This document shows positions 27,788 to 37,286 of a stretch of 64,000 nucleotides of DNA, piece by piece. The notes under the pieces were generated by a model, which was not told the DNA's origin, made no database searches, and saw only the letters and a list, made by a program, of their open reading frames with translations. The position numbers and the translations under genes were made by a program. Numbering within the stretch: position 1 is the first letter of the stretch; each line of letters opens with the position of its first letter. The stretch lies in the NCBI GenBank assembly GCA_049325335.1, contig JBMOMC010000007.1, positions 192,001 to 256,000 of the forward strand, given 5' to 3'. This DNA comes from Nitrospirota bacterium (GTDB lineage: Bacteria; Nitrospirota; Nitrospiria; 2-01-FULL-66-17).

Positions 27788-28228
27788 TCACTTCGCGCCT
27801 TGAGCCAGGCTCCGTTCATACAGGAGGATCTTCCACCCTTCCTCCTCTGTAATCACGCTGCCCACCAGCGGAACCATCGCGGTGCCGGGACTCCCGTTCT
27901 TGAGCACCCACATCAATTCACCGTCGGTTCGCGCTTGGTGAAAAGCCCCGTTTGTAAAATTCCTTGGGGACGGATCAAACCCCACGGCCGCGGGACCATC
28001 ACCCAACCCCTTCTCCCCGTGGCACACGAAACACGTGCCTTTTCCGCGATACAGTCCTTCTCCAACGGCCACATTCTCGGGCGTCATGGGGACCGGGTTC
28101 GTCACGGCCTTTGCGGCCTCCATCTGGTCCTTGGGCACACGCGGTTGGATGGGATCGCGTTCAGCCGCGATCACCGAGGTCGGCAACGCCAGAACGAGCA
28201 ACCATCCGAGTCGTACCTTCCAAGACAT
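27788..28228 (-). CDS. Periplasmic monoheme cytochrome c (paralog of 26894-27340)
   Basis: Signal peptide, CFVCH, shared PSPRNFT and KNGSPGT.M motifs. Confidence 0.92.
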   Translation of the reverse strand: MSWKVRLGWLLVLALPTSVIAAERDPIQPRVPKDQMEAAKAVTNPVPMTPENVAVGEGLYRGKGTCFVCHGEKGLGDGPAAVGFDPSPRNFTNGAFHQARTDGELMWVLKNGSPGTAMVPLVGSVITEEEGWKILLYERSLAQGAK

Positions 28229-28352
28229 TCCGTATCCAATACAAAGGTGTTTCTAGGCCATCAATGCGGGCGCGATCTTAAAGAAATCCCCCCACCTTGT
28301 CAAGCAGATCGGACGGCGGATCGGACCACGGGCATCGCCCGGATACGAGCGG

Positions 28353-29354
28353 TCAGACGGGCTGCGCCGCGTGTGAAGTCAGAAGACGCTCTGTGGCGTA
28401 GCGCGCGGCGCCCAACAACGGGGCTCTGGGGTTGAGGGACACGCTCACGGGAATCGATTCCATAAGCGGCCGGTACCGTCCCTTGGCCGTAAACGCCGTC
28501 ATGAAGGTCCCGTCGCGGAGCTTGTCGATCATTTTCGGGGCAATGCCGCCCGCGACGAACACGCCGCCGACGGCGAACGACTTGAGCGCCAAATTGCCCG
28601 CCTCCGCGCCGTAGAGCGAGGCGAAGAGATCCACGGCGTCCACACACAGCGGGTGCCCGTGGGCAAGCCCCACTCGCGTGATGACCGCCGAGGGATCGCC
28701 CGCAGCCAGTTCGTCCCGCAGCCACTCCGGTTCTTCGACGGCCCCGGTGTCTCGCAGAAATCGGTAGATGTTGTGCTGGCCCGGACCGGACAAGACGCGT
28801 TCGCAACTGACCCGGCCGAACTCGGCGCGCAAGAAACGCAGTAATTCAATCTCGCGGTCGGTCCGCGGCGAAAAATCGGCGTGCCCTCCCTCGGAGGGCA
28901 CCGGAACATACCGTCGGCCATCCCACGCGAGTATGGCCTCACCCAGCCCGGTCCCGGCCGCAATCACGGCGACGTTGCCGACGGCGCGTTGTCCTGTATT
29001 CAGCGAGACGACTTCGTCGTCCCGAAGCGCGAGCACGCCGAACGCGGCCGCCTCCACGTCGTTGAGCAACTTCACGGCTCGTGCGCCGACGGCGCGTCCC
29101 AATTCGCGTTCATCCAACAACCACGGTAAATTCGTGGTCTGACACCGACCGTCGCGCACCGGCCCCGCCACCCCGAGGCACACCGTCTCCGGCCGTTCGC
29201 CCCCGTCTTTAAGGAACGCCGCGAGGAGCTCGTCGAATCGCGCGTAGTCCCGACTCGCGTACACCGCCTCACGCACCACATCGCGGCCAGAGGCCGTGGG
29301 ACGGACGAGGGCCAACACGGTTTTGGTCCCGCCGATATCCCCGACCAACATCAT
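28353..29354 (-). CDS. glk: Glucokinase
   Basis: LVGDIGGTKT, LLNDVEA, AGTGLG, SEGGH, GGVFVAGGIAPK; start set to the ATG of MMLVGD. Confidence 0.93.
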   Translation of the reverse strand: MMLVGDIGGTKTVLALVRPTASGRDVVREAVYASRDYARFDELLAAFLKDGGERPETVCLGVAGPVRDGRCQTTNLPWLLDERELGRAVGARAVKLLNDVEAAAFGVLALRDDEVVSLNTGQRAVGNVAVIAAGTGLGEAILAWDGRRYVPVPSEGGHADFSPRTDREIELLRFLRAEFGRVSCERVLSGPGQHNIYRFLRDTGAVEEPEWLRDELAAGDPSAVITRVGLAHGHPLCVDAVDLFASLYGAEAGNLALKSFAVGGVFVAGGIAPKMIDKLRDGTFMTAFTAKGRYRPLMESIPVSVSLNPRAPLLGAARYATERLLTSHAAQPV

Positions 29355-29374
29355 GCGCGGCGGAGGGGCATGGG

Positions 29375-30919
29375 TCAGAGCGTGCGCCAGCGGCGGCCGT
29401 CGCGTTCGATCAGCCGGTCGGCTTCGATCGGCCCGCAGGTGCCGGTTTGGTATTCCGGCAACCACTTGCTGCCGTGCTCCCGCCAGCCGTCCAGAATCGC
29501 GGTCACCCACTCCCACGCGGCTTCGACCGCGTCGCGCCGCATGAACAACGTGGCGTCTCCGGCCATCACGTCGAGCAAGAGGCGTTCGTACGCGTCCGGC
29601 GACGCCCCGCCGAACGCGGCGCCGTACCGAAAGTCCATGGCCACGGGTTCGATGCGCAGCCGTGAACCCGGGAGTTTGGAATTGATGCCCAAGGAGAATC
29701 CTTCCTCGGGTTGGATCCGGAGCGCCAACACATTGGGCTCAAGCGGCGTCGCCGGGTTCGCGTTGAACAACACGGGTGGGACTTCCTTGAACTGCACCGC
29801 GATCTCGGTCGCCCGTTTGGTCATCCGTTTCCCGGTTCGCAGGTAGAACGGTACTCCGGCCCATCGCCAGTTATCCACGAAGACTTTCAGCGCCACGAAT
29901 GTTTCGGTGGTGGAATCCGGCTTCACGTCGGCTTCGCGACGATACCCCGGCACCTCCACGCCGCCGACCATCCCAGGGCTGTATTGTCCGCGCACCGTGA
30001 CGTCAGTGACCCCCAGACCCGTGATCGGCCGTAACGAGCGGAGCACCTCCAAGCGCGAGTTGCGGACCACGTCCGGGTCCAACGACCATGGCGGCTCCAT
30101 GGCGACCAAGCACAACAGTTGGAGAATATGGTTCTGCACCATGTCGCGTAATGCGCCGGCTTCCTCGTAATACGCGGCGCGCGAACCGATGCCCGCCTCT
30201 TCCGCCACTGAAATCTGGACGTGGTCGATGTACTTGTGGTTCCACACGGGCTCGAACAGACCGTTGGCAAAACGCAGGACCAGGAGGTTTTGCACCGTTT
30301 CCTTACCCAAATAATGGTCGATCCGAAAGATCTGCGATTCGTCAAACGCCCGGCTTAACACCTCGTTGATCGCCCGCGCCGACGCCAAGTCGCGGCCGAT
30401 GGGCTTCTCCACGATCACCCTCGCGATCGGGCCTTTGGGGTCGCGCGCCTGAGTCAGGCCGGCCCCGAGCAATCCCTGCGCCGCGGCGGCAAACGCGGTC
30501 GGCGGGATCGCCAGATAAAAGATCCGGTTGCCGGGAAGTCCGAATTGCGATTCGATGGTTTCCGCGCGGGACCGGATGGTCTGATACGTTGCGGCATCAT
30601 CCGTCTCGCCGGGCGAATAAAACAGCCGCCGCTCAAACGCCCCCCATTTCGCCGGATCCAGATCCTGACGCGAGTGCGCCTGGATACCCTCCCGCGCCAC
30701 GGCGCGAAACCCCGCGTCATCCAGGACCGTGCGCCCGACGCCCAACACCGCGAACTCCTGGGGCAACATGCCGTCGAGCAGCAGGTTATACAAGGCCGGA
30801 ATCAGCTTGCGCCGCGCCAAATCCCCGGAGCCGCCCAATATCACCAACAAACACGGCTGCGCGGTCGGCCCCCGCTTGGTATCCGCCGCGGATTCGTTCA
30901 TGACCGCCGTCTCCGACAT
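29375..30919 (-). CDS. zwf: Glucose-6-phosphate 1-dehydrogenase
   Basis: GGSGDLARRKL, EKPIG.D, RIDHYLGKE, RWAGVPFYLRTGK. Confidence 0.97.
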   Translation of the reverse strand: MSETAVMNESAADTKRGPTAQPCLLVILGGSGDLARRKLIPALYNLLLDGMLPQEFAVLGVGRTVLDDAGFRAVAREGIQAHSRQDLDPAKWGAFERRLFYSPGETDDAATYQTIRSRAETIESQFGLPGNRIFYLAIPPTAFAAAAQGLLGAGLTQARDPKGPIARVIVEKPIGRDLASARAINEVLSRAFDESQIFRIDHYLGKETVQNLLVLRFANGLFEPVWNHKYIDHVQISVAEEAGIGSRAAYYEEAGALRDMVQNHILQLLCLVAMEPPWSLDPDVVRNSRLEVLRSLRPITGLGVTDVTVRGQYSPGMVGGVEVPGYRREADVKPDSTTETFVALKVFVDNWRWAGVPFYLRTGKRMTKRATEIAVQFKEVPPVLFNANPATPLEPNVLALRIQPEEGFSLGINSKLPGSRLRIEPVAMDFRYGAAFGGASPDAYERLLLDVMAGDATLFMRRDAVEAAWEWVTAILDGWREHGSKWLPEYQTGTCGPIEADRLIERDGRRWRTL

Positions 30920-30934
30920 GGTTCCCTCCTTGTC

Positions 30935-31837
30935 CTACCCACCCGAGGCCTTGACCGCATGCCCGCCGAACGCATTGCGGAGCGCCGCCAACAATTTCTC
31001 CGCGAACGACTCCGCCTGACGCGAGCGAAACCGCGTAAAAATCGCCGCGGTCAACGTGGGCACGGGAACGCCCTTTTCCATCGCGTCCGCCACCATCCAC
31101 CGCCCTTCGCCCGAATCCGCCACATACCCGTTGAGTCGCTCCAACCGCGGGTCCCCCGCCAACGCGCCGGCCGCCAATTCCAACAGCCACGAGCGGACCA
31201 CGCTGCCGTGCATCCAGAGGTCGGCGACGCGGGCGAGATCCAAACGATACTCGCTCTTGGACAACAACTCAAATCCTTCGGCATACGCCTGCATCATGCC
31301 GTATTCGATCCCGTTGTGCACCATCTTCACGTAGTGGCCGGACCCGACCCCGCCCACGTGCGCCCACCCGTTCTCCGGCGCCAGCGTGGCCATGATCGGC
31401 GCGAGCCGTCGGACCACGTCGTCCGCCCCGCCGATCATGAGGCAGTATCCCAGCTTCAACCCCCACACGCCGCCGCTGGTGCCCGCGTCCACGTAGTGAA
31501 TGCCGCGGGATTTGAGCGACTCGGCGCGGCGCACGTCGTCGTGAAAGTGGGTGTTGCCGCCGTCGATGACCGCATCACCCGTGCTCAACCGCCCGGCCAC
31601 GTCGCGCACCGTCTCCTCGGTTGGCGCCCCAGCCGGAACCATGATCCAGACCGCTCGCGGCGCCGGGAGCTTCGCGACCAACTCATCGAGCGATCCCGCG
31701 CCCGCGCACCCGGCGCGGACCGCGTCCGACACCTTGGCGGGGTCGCGGTCGAACGCCACCACGCGGTGCCCGCCTTGCGTCAGCCGGGTCACCATGTTCA
31801 GCCCCATTTTCCCAAGCCCCACGAATCCGATGTCCAT
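30935..31837 (-). CDS. gnd: 6-phosphogluconate dehydrogenase, decarboxylating (short YqeC type)
   Basis: GLGKMG, IDGGN, DAGTSGG, GHYVKMVHNGIEYG, DSGEGRW, RNAFGGH. Confidence 0.95.
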   Translation of the reverse strand: MDIGFVGLGKMGLNMVTRLTQGGHRVVAFDRDPAKVSDAVRAGCAGAGSLDELVAKLPAPRAVWIMVPAGAPTEETVRDVAGRLSTGDAVIDGGNTHFHDDVRRAESLKSRGIHYVDAGTSGGVWGLKLGYCLMIGGADDVVRRLAPIMATLAPENGWAHVGGVGSGHYVKMVHNGIEYGMMQAYAEGFELLSKSEYRLDLARVADLWMHGSVVRSWLLELAAGALAGDPRLERLNGYVADSGEGRWMVADAMEKGVPVPTLTAAIFTRFRSRQAESFAEKLLAALRNAFGGHAVKASGG

Positions 31838-31894
31838 CTCGCATCCTTTCCCCGTCTTCCCTTGTGGACGACTGCCCTCACACCCTCGAATCGA

Positions 31895-34618
31895 CTACGC
31901 GGCCGCCCGTCGCGACGAGGCGCGCTTGCGGTTGCCCGCTCGCGCCGACTCCCGCGTGACCTGTTGAACCAACTTCGCGACCAGCCCCGTCCATCCGGTT
32001 TGATGACTCGCCCCGATCCCCGCGCCGTGATCGCCGTGAAAATACTCGTGGAACGGCAGGTGGTCGCGCCAGTGCGGATCGGTGTAGCGGTGAGCGGCCA
32101 GTCCGTGAACCGGGCGCCGCCCCGCATGATCCGGGAGAAAGAGCGCAACCAGCCGCCGCGAAATTTCCGTGGCGACCTGCTCCAACGTCATCAACCGCCC
32201 CGACCCGGTCGGGCACTCCACGGCAAACCCGTCGCCCAAATAATGGTGAAACTTCTGGAGCGATTCGATGATGAGGAAGTTCACAGGGAACCACACCGGG
32301 CCGCGCCAATTGGAGTTCCCCCCGAAAAGTCCGTCTCCCGATTCCGCGGGTTCATACCGAACCACGCGTTCGTGGCCGTTGACCCGCAGGACATAGGGAT
32401 CGTCGCCGTACACGCGCGACAGGGATCGGACTCCGTACGGACTCAAAAACTCGGTCTCGTCCAACATGCGCCGCAGGATGCGCCGCAGTTTGGTCGCGCT
32501 CACGATCGACAACAACCGCCGTTTGCCCACGCCGGGCCGGTCCATACTGGCCACGTTTCGGGACAGATCGGGCCGGTTCGCGATGAACCACTCCAACCGA
32601 CGCGCGAACCCCGGGAAGCGCTCCATGATATCCGGTTCCAAGGTCTCCACCGCGAACAAGGGAATCAACCCAACCATGGACCGCAGCTTGAGCGGCAAGG
32701 CCGCGCCGTCCGGCAGATGCAACACGTCGTGATAGAACCCATTCTCCTCATCCCACAGCCCCGTACCGCCGAGATGATTGATCGCGTCCGCGATGTAGAG
32801 AAAGTGCTCGAAAAACTTGCTCGCGATGTCTTCGTAACTAGGATTGGTCTTGGCCAGCTCCAGCGCAATGGCCAGGAGGTTAAGGCAGTAAAACGCCATC
32901 CAACTAGTTCCGTCGGATTGTTCGATATGGCCGCCAGTGGGCAGCCGGGTGCTGCGGTCGAACACCGACACGTTATCGAGGCCCAAGAACCCGCCCTGAA
33001 AAATATTCTTCCCCCCTGCGTCCTTCCGGTTGACCCACCAGGTAAAGTTCAGGAGCAACTTTTGGAACACGCGTTCGAGGAAAAACGTGTCGGCGCGCCC
33101 GTACAGTTTCTTTTCGATCTTGTACACCCGCCACGCCGCCCACGCATGCACCGGAGGGTTCACGTCTCCGAACGCCCACTCGTACGCCGGAATCTGGCCA
33201 TTGGGGTGCATGTACCACTCGCGGGTCAACAACACGAGTTGATGTTTGGCGAACTCCGGATCGATCATCGCGAACGGCACCACGTGAAACGCCAGATCCC
33301 ACGCCGCGAACCACGGATACTCCCACTTATCGGGCATCGACAAAATGTCGTCCGTATACAAGTGCGTCCAATCGCGATTGCGGCCGGTGCGACGAGCGGG
33401 CGGCGGAGGCGGGCCGGCCGCGTCGCCCGACAGCCAATTCTCGACCACGTAGTGATAGTGCTGCCGATTCCACAGCATCCCGGCAAACGCTTGGCGCTGG
33501 ATGCGCGACAGCTCGCCGGATTCAACCGCCGGCGTCACACGGTGATAAAACTCATCGGCCTCGCGTTCGCGCTGAGCGACCGTCGCCTCGAACCCCCGGA
33601 ACGGGGTCCCCGTCGCGTCAGGCCGCAGACGAAGTCGGAGGGTCCGCTCCCCGCTGGACGGCACATCCAGGCAATAGTGCGCCGCGGCCTTGGTGCCGGC
33701 GCGCTCGGGATTCACCGCGTCGAGGCAACCCAACACCACGTAGTCGTTGATCCCATCTTTCACATACCGAGATCCATTCGGCGAATTAAACAGGCGCTCG
33801 TAGTTGGTCTCGTTCTCGGTAAAGAGCAGATCCGGAGCGCCCTCGCAGAACAATCGCCGTGCGCCCACCGTGGCCTCGAACGCCTCGATCACGCGGCAGC
33901 CTCGGGCGTCGCGCCCCGCCTTGACGACTGGTTTCTCCACGCGCGGGTCCCATGTCCAGCGGTTCCGGAACCACAACGTGGGGAGTACGTGCAACACGGC
34001 CGGGTCAGGACCGCGATTGATCACCCGAATTTCAATCAACACATCGTCCGGAGAAGCCTTGGCGTACCGCACGAACACGTCCCAATACCGGTCATGGTCG
34101 AACGCGCCGGTGTCCGTCAATTCGTACTCGGGCGCCCCCCGACCGCGACGCCGATTTTCAGCGATCAACTCGTCGTAGGGGAACGCCTGCTGCGGGTACT
34201 TGTAGAGAAACCGCATGTACGAGTGCGTGGGCGTATTGTCGAGGTACCAGTAACACTCCTTCACATCCTCGCCGTGATTGCCCTCGTTGCCGGACAGGCC
34301 GAATAGCCGTTCTTTGAGGATGGGATCACGACCGTTCCAGAGCGCGAGCGCGAAGCACAACCGCTGATGATTATCGGAAATTCCGGCGATCCCGTCTTCG
34401 CCCCACCGATAGACGCGCGAGCGCGCGTGATCGTGGGGGAAGTATTCCCAGGCCGTGCCGGTCGCGCTGTAGTCCTCGCGCACCGTGCCCCACTGCCGCT
34501 CGCTCAAGTAGGGCCCCCAGCGGCGCCAGTGTGTGGTGCGCGTCCGCGCCTCCTCCAACCGGCGTTCTTCCGCGGTCAGCGTGCCGCCGCGGCGAGTTGT
34601 GACGACGTTCGAGTCCAC
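31895..34618 (-). CDS. MGH1-like / GH63-family glycoside hydrolase
   Basis: [52 protein letters not shown]. Confidence 0.88.
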   Translation of the reverse strand: MDSNVVTTRRGGTLTAEERRLEEARTRTTHWRRWGPYLSERQWGTVREDYSATGTAWEYFPHDHARSRVYRWGEDGIAGISDNHQRLCFALALWNGRDPILKERLFGLSGNEGNHGEDVKECYWYLDNTPTHSYMRFLYKYPQQAFPYDELIAENRRRGRGAPEYELTDTGAFDHDRYWDVFVRYAKASPDDVLIEIRVINRGPDPAVLHVLPTLWFRNRWTWDPRVEKPVVKAGRDARGCRVIEAFEATVGARRLFCEGAPDLLFTENETNYERLFNSPNGSRYVKDGINDYVVLGCLDAVNPERAGTKAAAHYCLDVPSSGERTLRLRLRPDATGTPFRGFEATVAQREREADEFYHRVTPAVESGELSRIQRQAFAGMLWNRQHYHYVVENWLSGDAAGPPPPPARRTGRNRDWTHLYTDDILSMPDKWEYPWFAAWDLAFHVVPFAMIDPEFAKHQLVLLTREWYMHPNGQIPAYEWAFGDVNPPVHAWAAWRVYKIEKKLYGRADTFFLERVFQKLLLNFTWWVNRKDAGGKNIFQGGFLGLDNVSVFDRSTRLPTGGHIEQSDGTSWMAFYCLNLLAIALELAKTNPSYEDIASKFFEHFLYIADAINHLGGTGLWDEENGFYHDVLHLPDGAALPLKLRSMVGLIPLFAVETLEPDIMERFPGFARRLEWFIANRPDLSRNVASMDRPGVGKRRLLSIVSATKLRRILRRMLDETEFLSPYGVRSLSRVYGDDPYVLRVNGHERVVRYEPAESGDGLFGGNSNWRGPVWFPVNFLIIESLQKFHHYLGDGFAVECPTGSGRLMTLEQVATEISRRLVALFLPDHAGRRPVHGLAAHRYTDPHWRDHLPFHEYFHGDHGAGIGASHQTGWTGLVAKLVQQVTRESARAGNRKRASSRRAAA

Positions 34619-34811
34619 TGCCTCCCTGCTCGTGTCTCTCCAGCACTATATAGTATCCGGGTCTCGATGAGAGTCAACGAACCGGCCCACTCATCGCACT
34701 GACGCACAGTGCCGATGATGCGTCTGGCCATGATTCGGATATCTGCTATGCTTACGCACCGCGCACCGAGAGGACAGTTTTGCGCAAAGCCATGACGGAT
34801 GGAGCCGCCCG

Positions 34812-35162
34812 ATGAAGTGTCCGTATTGCACGACCGCTAACCGTGACCCGCGTCGTTTTTGCAGCCGCTGCGGAGTGATCCTCGGGTGGCCCTGCGCCCG
34901 GTGTGCGTTCTTCAACCACCTTGGCGAACAACATTGCGGCGGCTGCGGAGAACCGCAATCCGGAACACCCCACGTGCCGACGACGGGCGCGCCCGCCCCT
35001 GAATCAGCCCTTGCCGCGGCGCCAACCGGTTCGGGCGGTCGCAGCCAGTTGATCACAAAGGAAATCGACCACTTTCTCAAAGAGCAGGCAGCGAAACCCA
35101 AAGACCAAGAACAGAACGAGCCCGTTTCCCAAACCGATATCGATGATCTATTCCGTCACTAA
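34812..35162 (+). CDS. Double zinc-ribbon protein with a C-terminal SQxDIDDLF peptide
   Basis: Four CxxC pairs (CPYC, CSRC, CARC, CGGC), GGAG RBS, ends 17 nt before the ATPase gene. Confidence 0.82.
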   Translation: MKCPYCTTANRDPRRFCSRCGVILGWPCARCAFFNHLGEQHCGGCGEPQSGTPHVPTTGAPAPESALAAAPTGSGGRSQLITKEIDHFLKEQAAKPKDQEQNEPVSQTDIDDLFRH

Positions 35163-35179
35163 TTCGTCTCAAACCGACC

Positions 35180-36877
35180 ATGCCGCTTAACCGCGTCCTT
35201 CAATCAAAGCTCGGGCAAATTCTGGTCGAGCAAGGCGCCCTTGATCCCGTCCAACTTGAAACCGCCGTCCAGCACCAGCGAGAGAAGGAGCCCCACAAAC
35301 AACTGGGGACGATCATTTTCGAGTTGGGGTTCGTGTCCGACACCAAAGTGGCCGAGGCGGTTGGGATGCAATTCAACATTCCGGTGATCGACCTGTCAGC
35401 GATCACCATCTCGCCGAAGACTATCGCGACAGTCCCCGAACAACTCGCCCGGAAGCTGGGCATCCTTCCCGTCTTTCTGGCGAACAAGGAACTCACCGTG
35501 GCCTTGGCCGATCCCACCGAGATCGAAACGCTCGACTTTTTGGCCCGAGAGACTCGTTGCGTGGTCCAACCCGTCTTGGCCACACGCCGCCAACTCATCG
35601 CGGCCCAAGACCGGTACTATGCCGCCGAAGCCACCATCGGCTCGCTCGACACCGAGGCCCTCCAGCGGTTCGACGTCGATCACGGCGGCCCGGGAGAGGT
35701 GGAACGACTCCTCGCGGTCGGGAAAGAAATCCCGATCGTGAAAATCGTGGACCAAATCTTCAACCGCGCCATCGCGGAAGGCGCGAGCGATATTCACATC
35801 GAGCCCAGCGACCTCAAGATCCTCATCCGCTTTCGAGTCGACGGCATCCTGCGCGACATCCTGTCGTTCTCACCGTTGCTGCGTGCGGCCATCACCTCAC
35901 GGGTGAAAATTCTGTCTAACCTCGATATCGCCGAACGACAAAAACCTCAAGACGGCCGGATTCAACTTTCGTCACACAACCTGGATATGCGCGTCTCGAC
36001 GCTTCCGACCCAGCATGGCGAGAAGGTCGTGATCCGAATCCTCGACCGCGCCAACGTCCTGATTGGCCTCAAAGACCTGGGGTTCACGCCCCAGAATTTG
36101 GAGCGCCTTCATCAGCTCATTCACCAACCGTACGGCATCGTGCTCGTCACGGGTCCCACCGGAAGCGGGAAAAGCACCACGCTGTACGCGGCCCTCAACG
36201 CGGTCCGCTGTCCGGAGGTCAACGTGGTCACGGTCGAAGATCCGGTGGAGTATCACCTCCCCGGCATCACGCAGGTCCAGGTCAACGTCAAAAAGGGATT
36301 GACCTTCGCGACGATTCTGCGTTCCGTGTTGCGTCAGGACCCCGACATCGTCATGGTGGGAGAGATCCGGGATCCCGAGACGGGCGCCATGGCGACGGAA
36401 GCCGCCCTGACCGGACACCTGGTGTTCTCCACGCTGCACACCAACGACGCCGGGGGAGCGGTGACTCGCCTCATCGAAATGGGGATCGAACCCTTCCTTC
36501 TTGCGCCCTCGTTGTTGGGCGTGGTGGCTCAACGGTTGGTACGGGTCGTCTGCGGAAAATGCCGCGAACTCTACACGCCTCGGCCGACGGAGATCGAGCG
36601 GCTCGGCATGGGGACGGTGTCCGGCGAACTCACGTTCGCAAGGGCCAAGGGTTGCGCGCACTGCCAACAACGGGGATACCGCGGGCGGACGTCGATCCAC
36701 GAAATCCTGATGATTGACGAAATCATGCGGCAGATGATCAGCGAGAAAACGCCCCAGGCGATCCTCATGGAATACGCAAACCAGCGCGGTTTCGTCGACA
36801 TGCGGATCGACGGATTGAAGAAGGTCGTGGCGGGAATTACCACGGTGGAAGAAGTTCTCCGCGTCAGCAAAGGGTGA
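35180..36877 (+). CDS. GspE/PilB-family secretion/pilus assembly ATPase with N-terminal MshEN-like domain
   Basis: ASDIHIEP, Walker A GPTGSGKST, LRQDPDIVMVGEIRD, TGHLVFSTLHTN, CxxC...CxxC; N-terminal KLGQILVEQG...QLGTIIFELG. Confidence 0.95.
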   Translation: MPLNRVLQSKLGQILVEQGALDPVQLETAVQHQREKEPHKQLGTIIFELGFVSDTKVAEAVGMQFNIPVIDLSAITISPKTIATVPEQLARKLGILPVFLANKELTVALADPTEIETLDFLARETRCVVQPVLATRRQLIAAQDRYYAAEATIGSLDTEALQRFDVDHGGPGEVERLLAVGKEIPIVKIVDQIFNRAIAEGASDIHIEPSDLKILIRFRVDGILRDILSFSPLLRAAITSRVKILSNLDIAERQKPQDGRIQLSSHNLDMRVSTLPTQHGEKVVIRILDRANVLIGLKDLGFTPQNLERLHQLIHQPYGIVLVTGPTGSGKSTTLYAALNAVRCPEVNVVTVEDPVEYHLPGITQVQVNVKKGLTFATILRSVLRQDPDIVMVGEIRDPETGAMATEAALTGHLVFSTLHTNDAGGAVTRLIEMGIEPFLLAPSLLGVVAQRLVRVVCGKCRELYTPRPTEIERLGMGTVSGELTFARAKGCAHCQQRGYRGRTSIHEILMIDEIMRQMISEKTPQAILMEYANQRGFVDMRIDGLKKVVAGITTVEEVLRVSKG

Positions 36878-36883
36878 GCGACA

Positions 36884-37267
36884 ATGGGACAGACTCCGAA
36901 AAAGGTCTTGGTCGTCGACGACTCAAGCTTCATGCGTAGCGCCCTCAAGGACATCCTTGAGAAACTCGGCTACCAAGTCGTCGGTACGGCGGAAAACGGC
37001 ATCGAAGCGGTGGCGAAATACCGCGACCTCAAACCCGATATCGTGACGCTCGACATCATCATGCCCCAGATGGGCGGCCTCCAAGGGCTTAAATTGCTCA
37101 AGTCGGTCAACCCCCATGCGGTCGTGGTGATGGTGTCGTCGATGACTGATCGCGAATCCGTCACGGAGTGCGTCAAAGCGGGCGCCGCGCATTACCTGCT
37201 CAAGCCCTTTGACGAGACCAAGGTCGCGGAGGTGATGAAACACGTCGCGACCGCGCGCGCCGCGTAG
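36884..37267 (+). CDS. CheY-like single-domain response regulator
   Basis: VLVVDDS, phosphoacceptor in TLDIIMP, SS, KPF. Confidence 0.92.
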   Translation: MGQTPKKVLVVDDSSFMRSALKDILEKLGYQVVGTAENGIEAVAKYRDLKPDIVTLDIIMPQMGGLQGLKLLKSVNPHAVVVMVSSMTDRESVTECVKAGAAHYLLKPFDETKVAEVMKHVATARAA

Positions 37268-37286
37268 CGCGCCTCCGCCCGGCCCG

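Noticed and set aside
30545..34306. 1253-aa plus-strand ORF
   Set aside because: Antisense shadow of the GH63, gnd and zwf genes.
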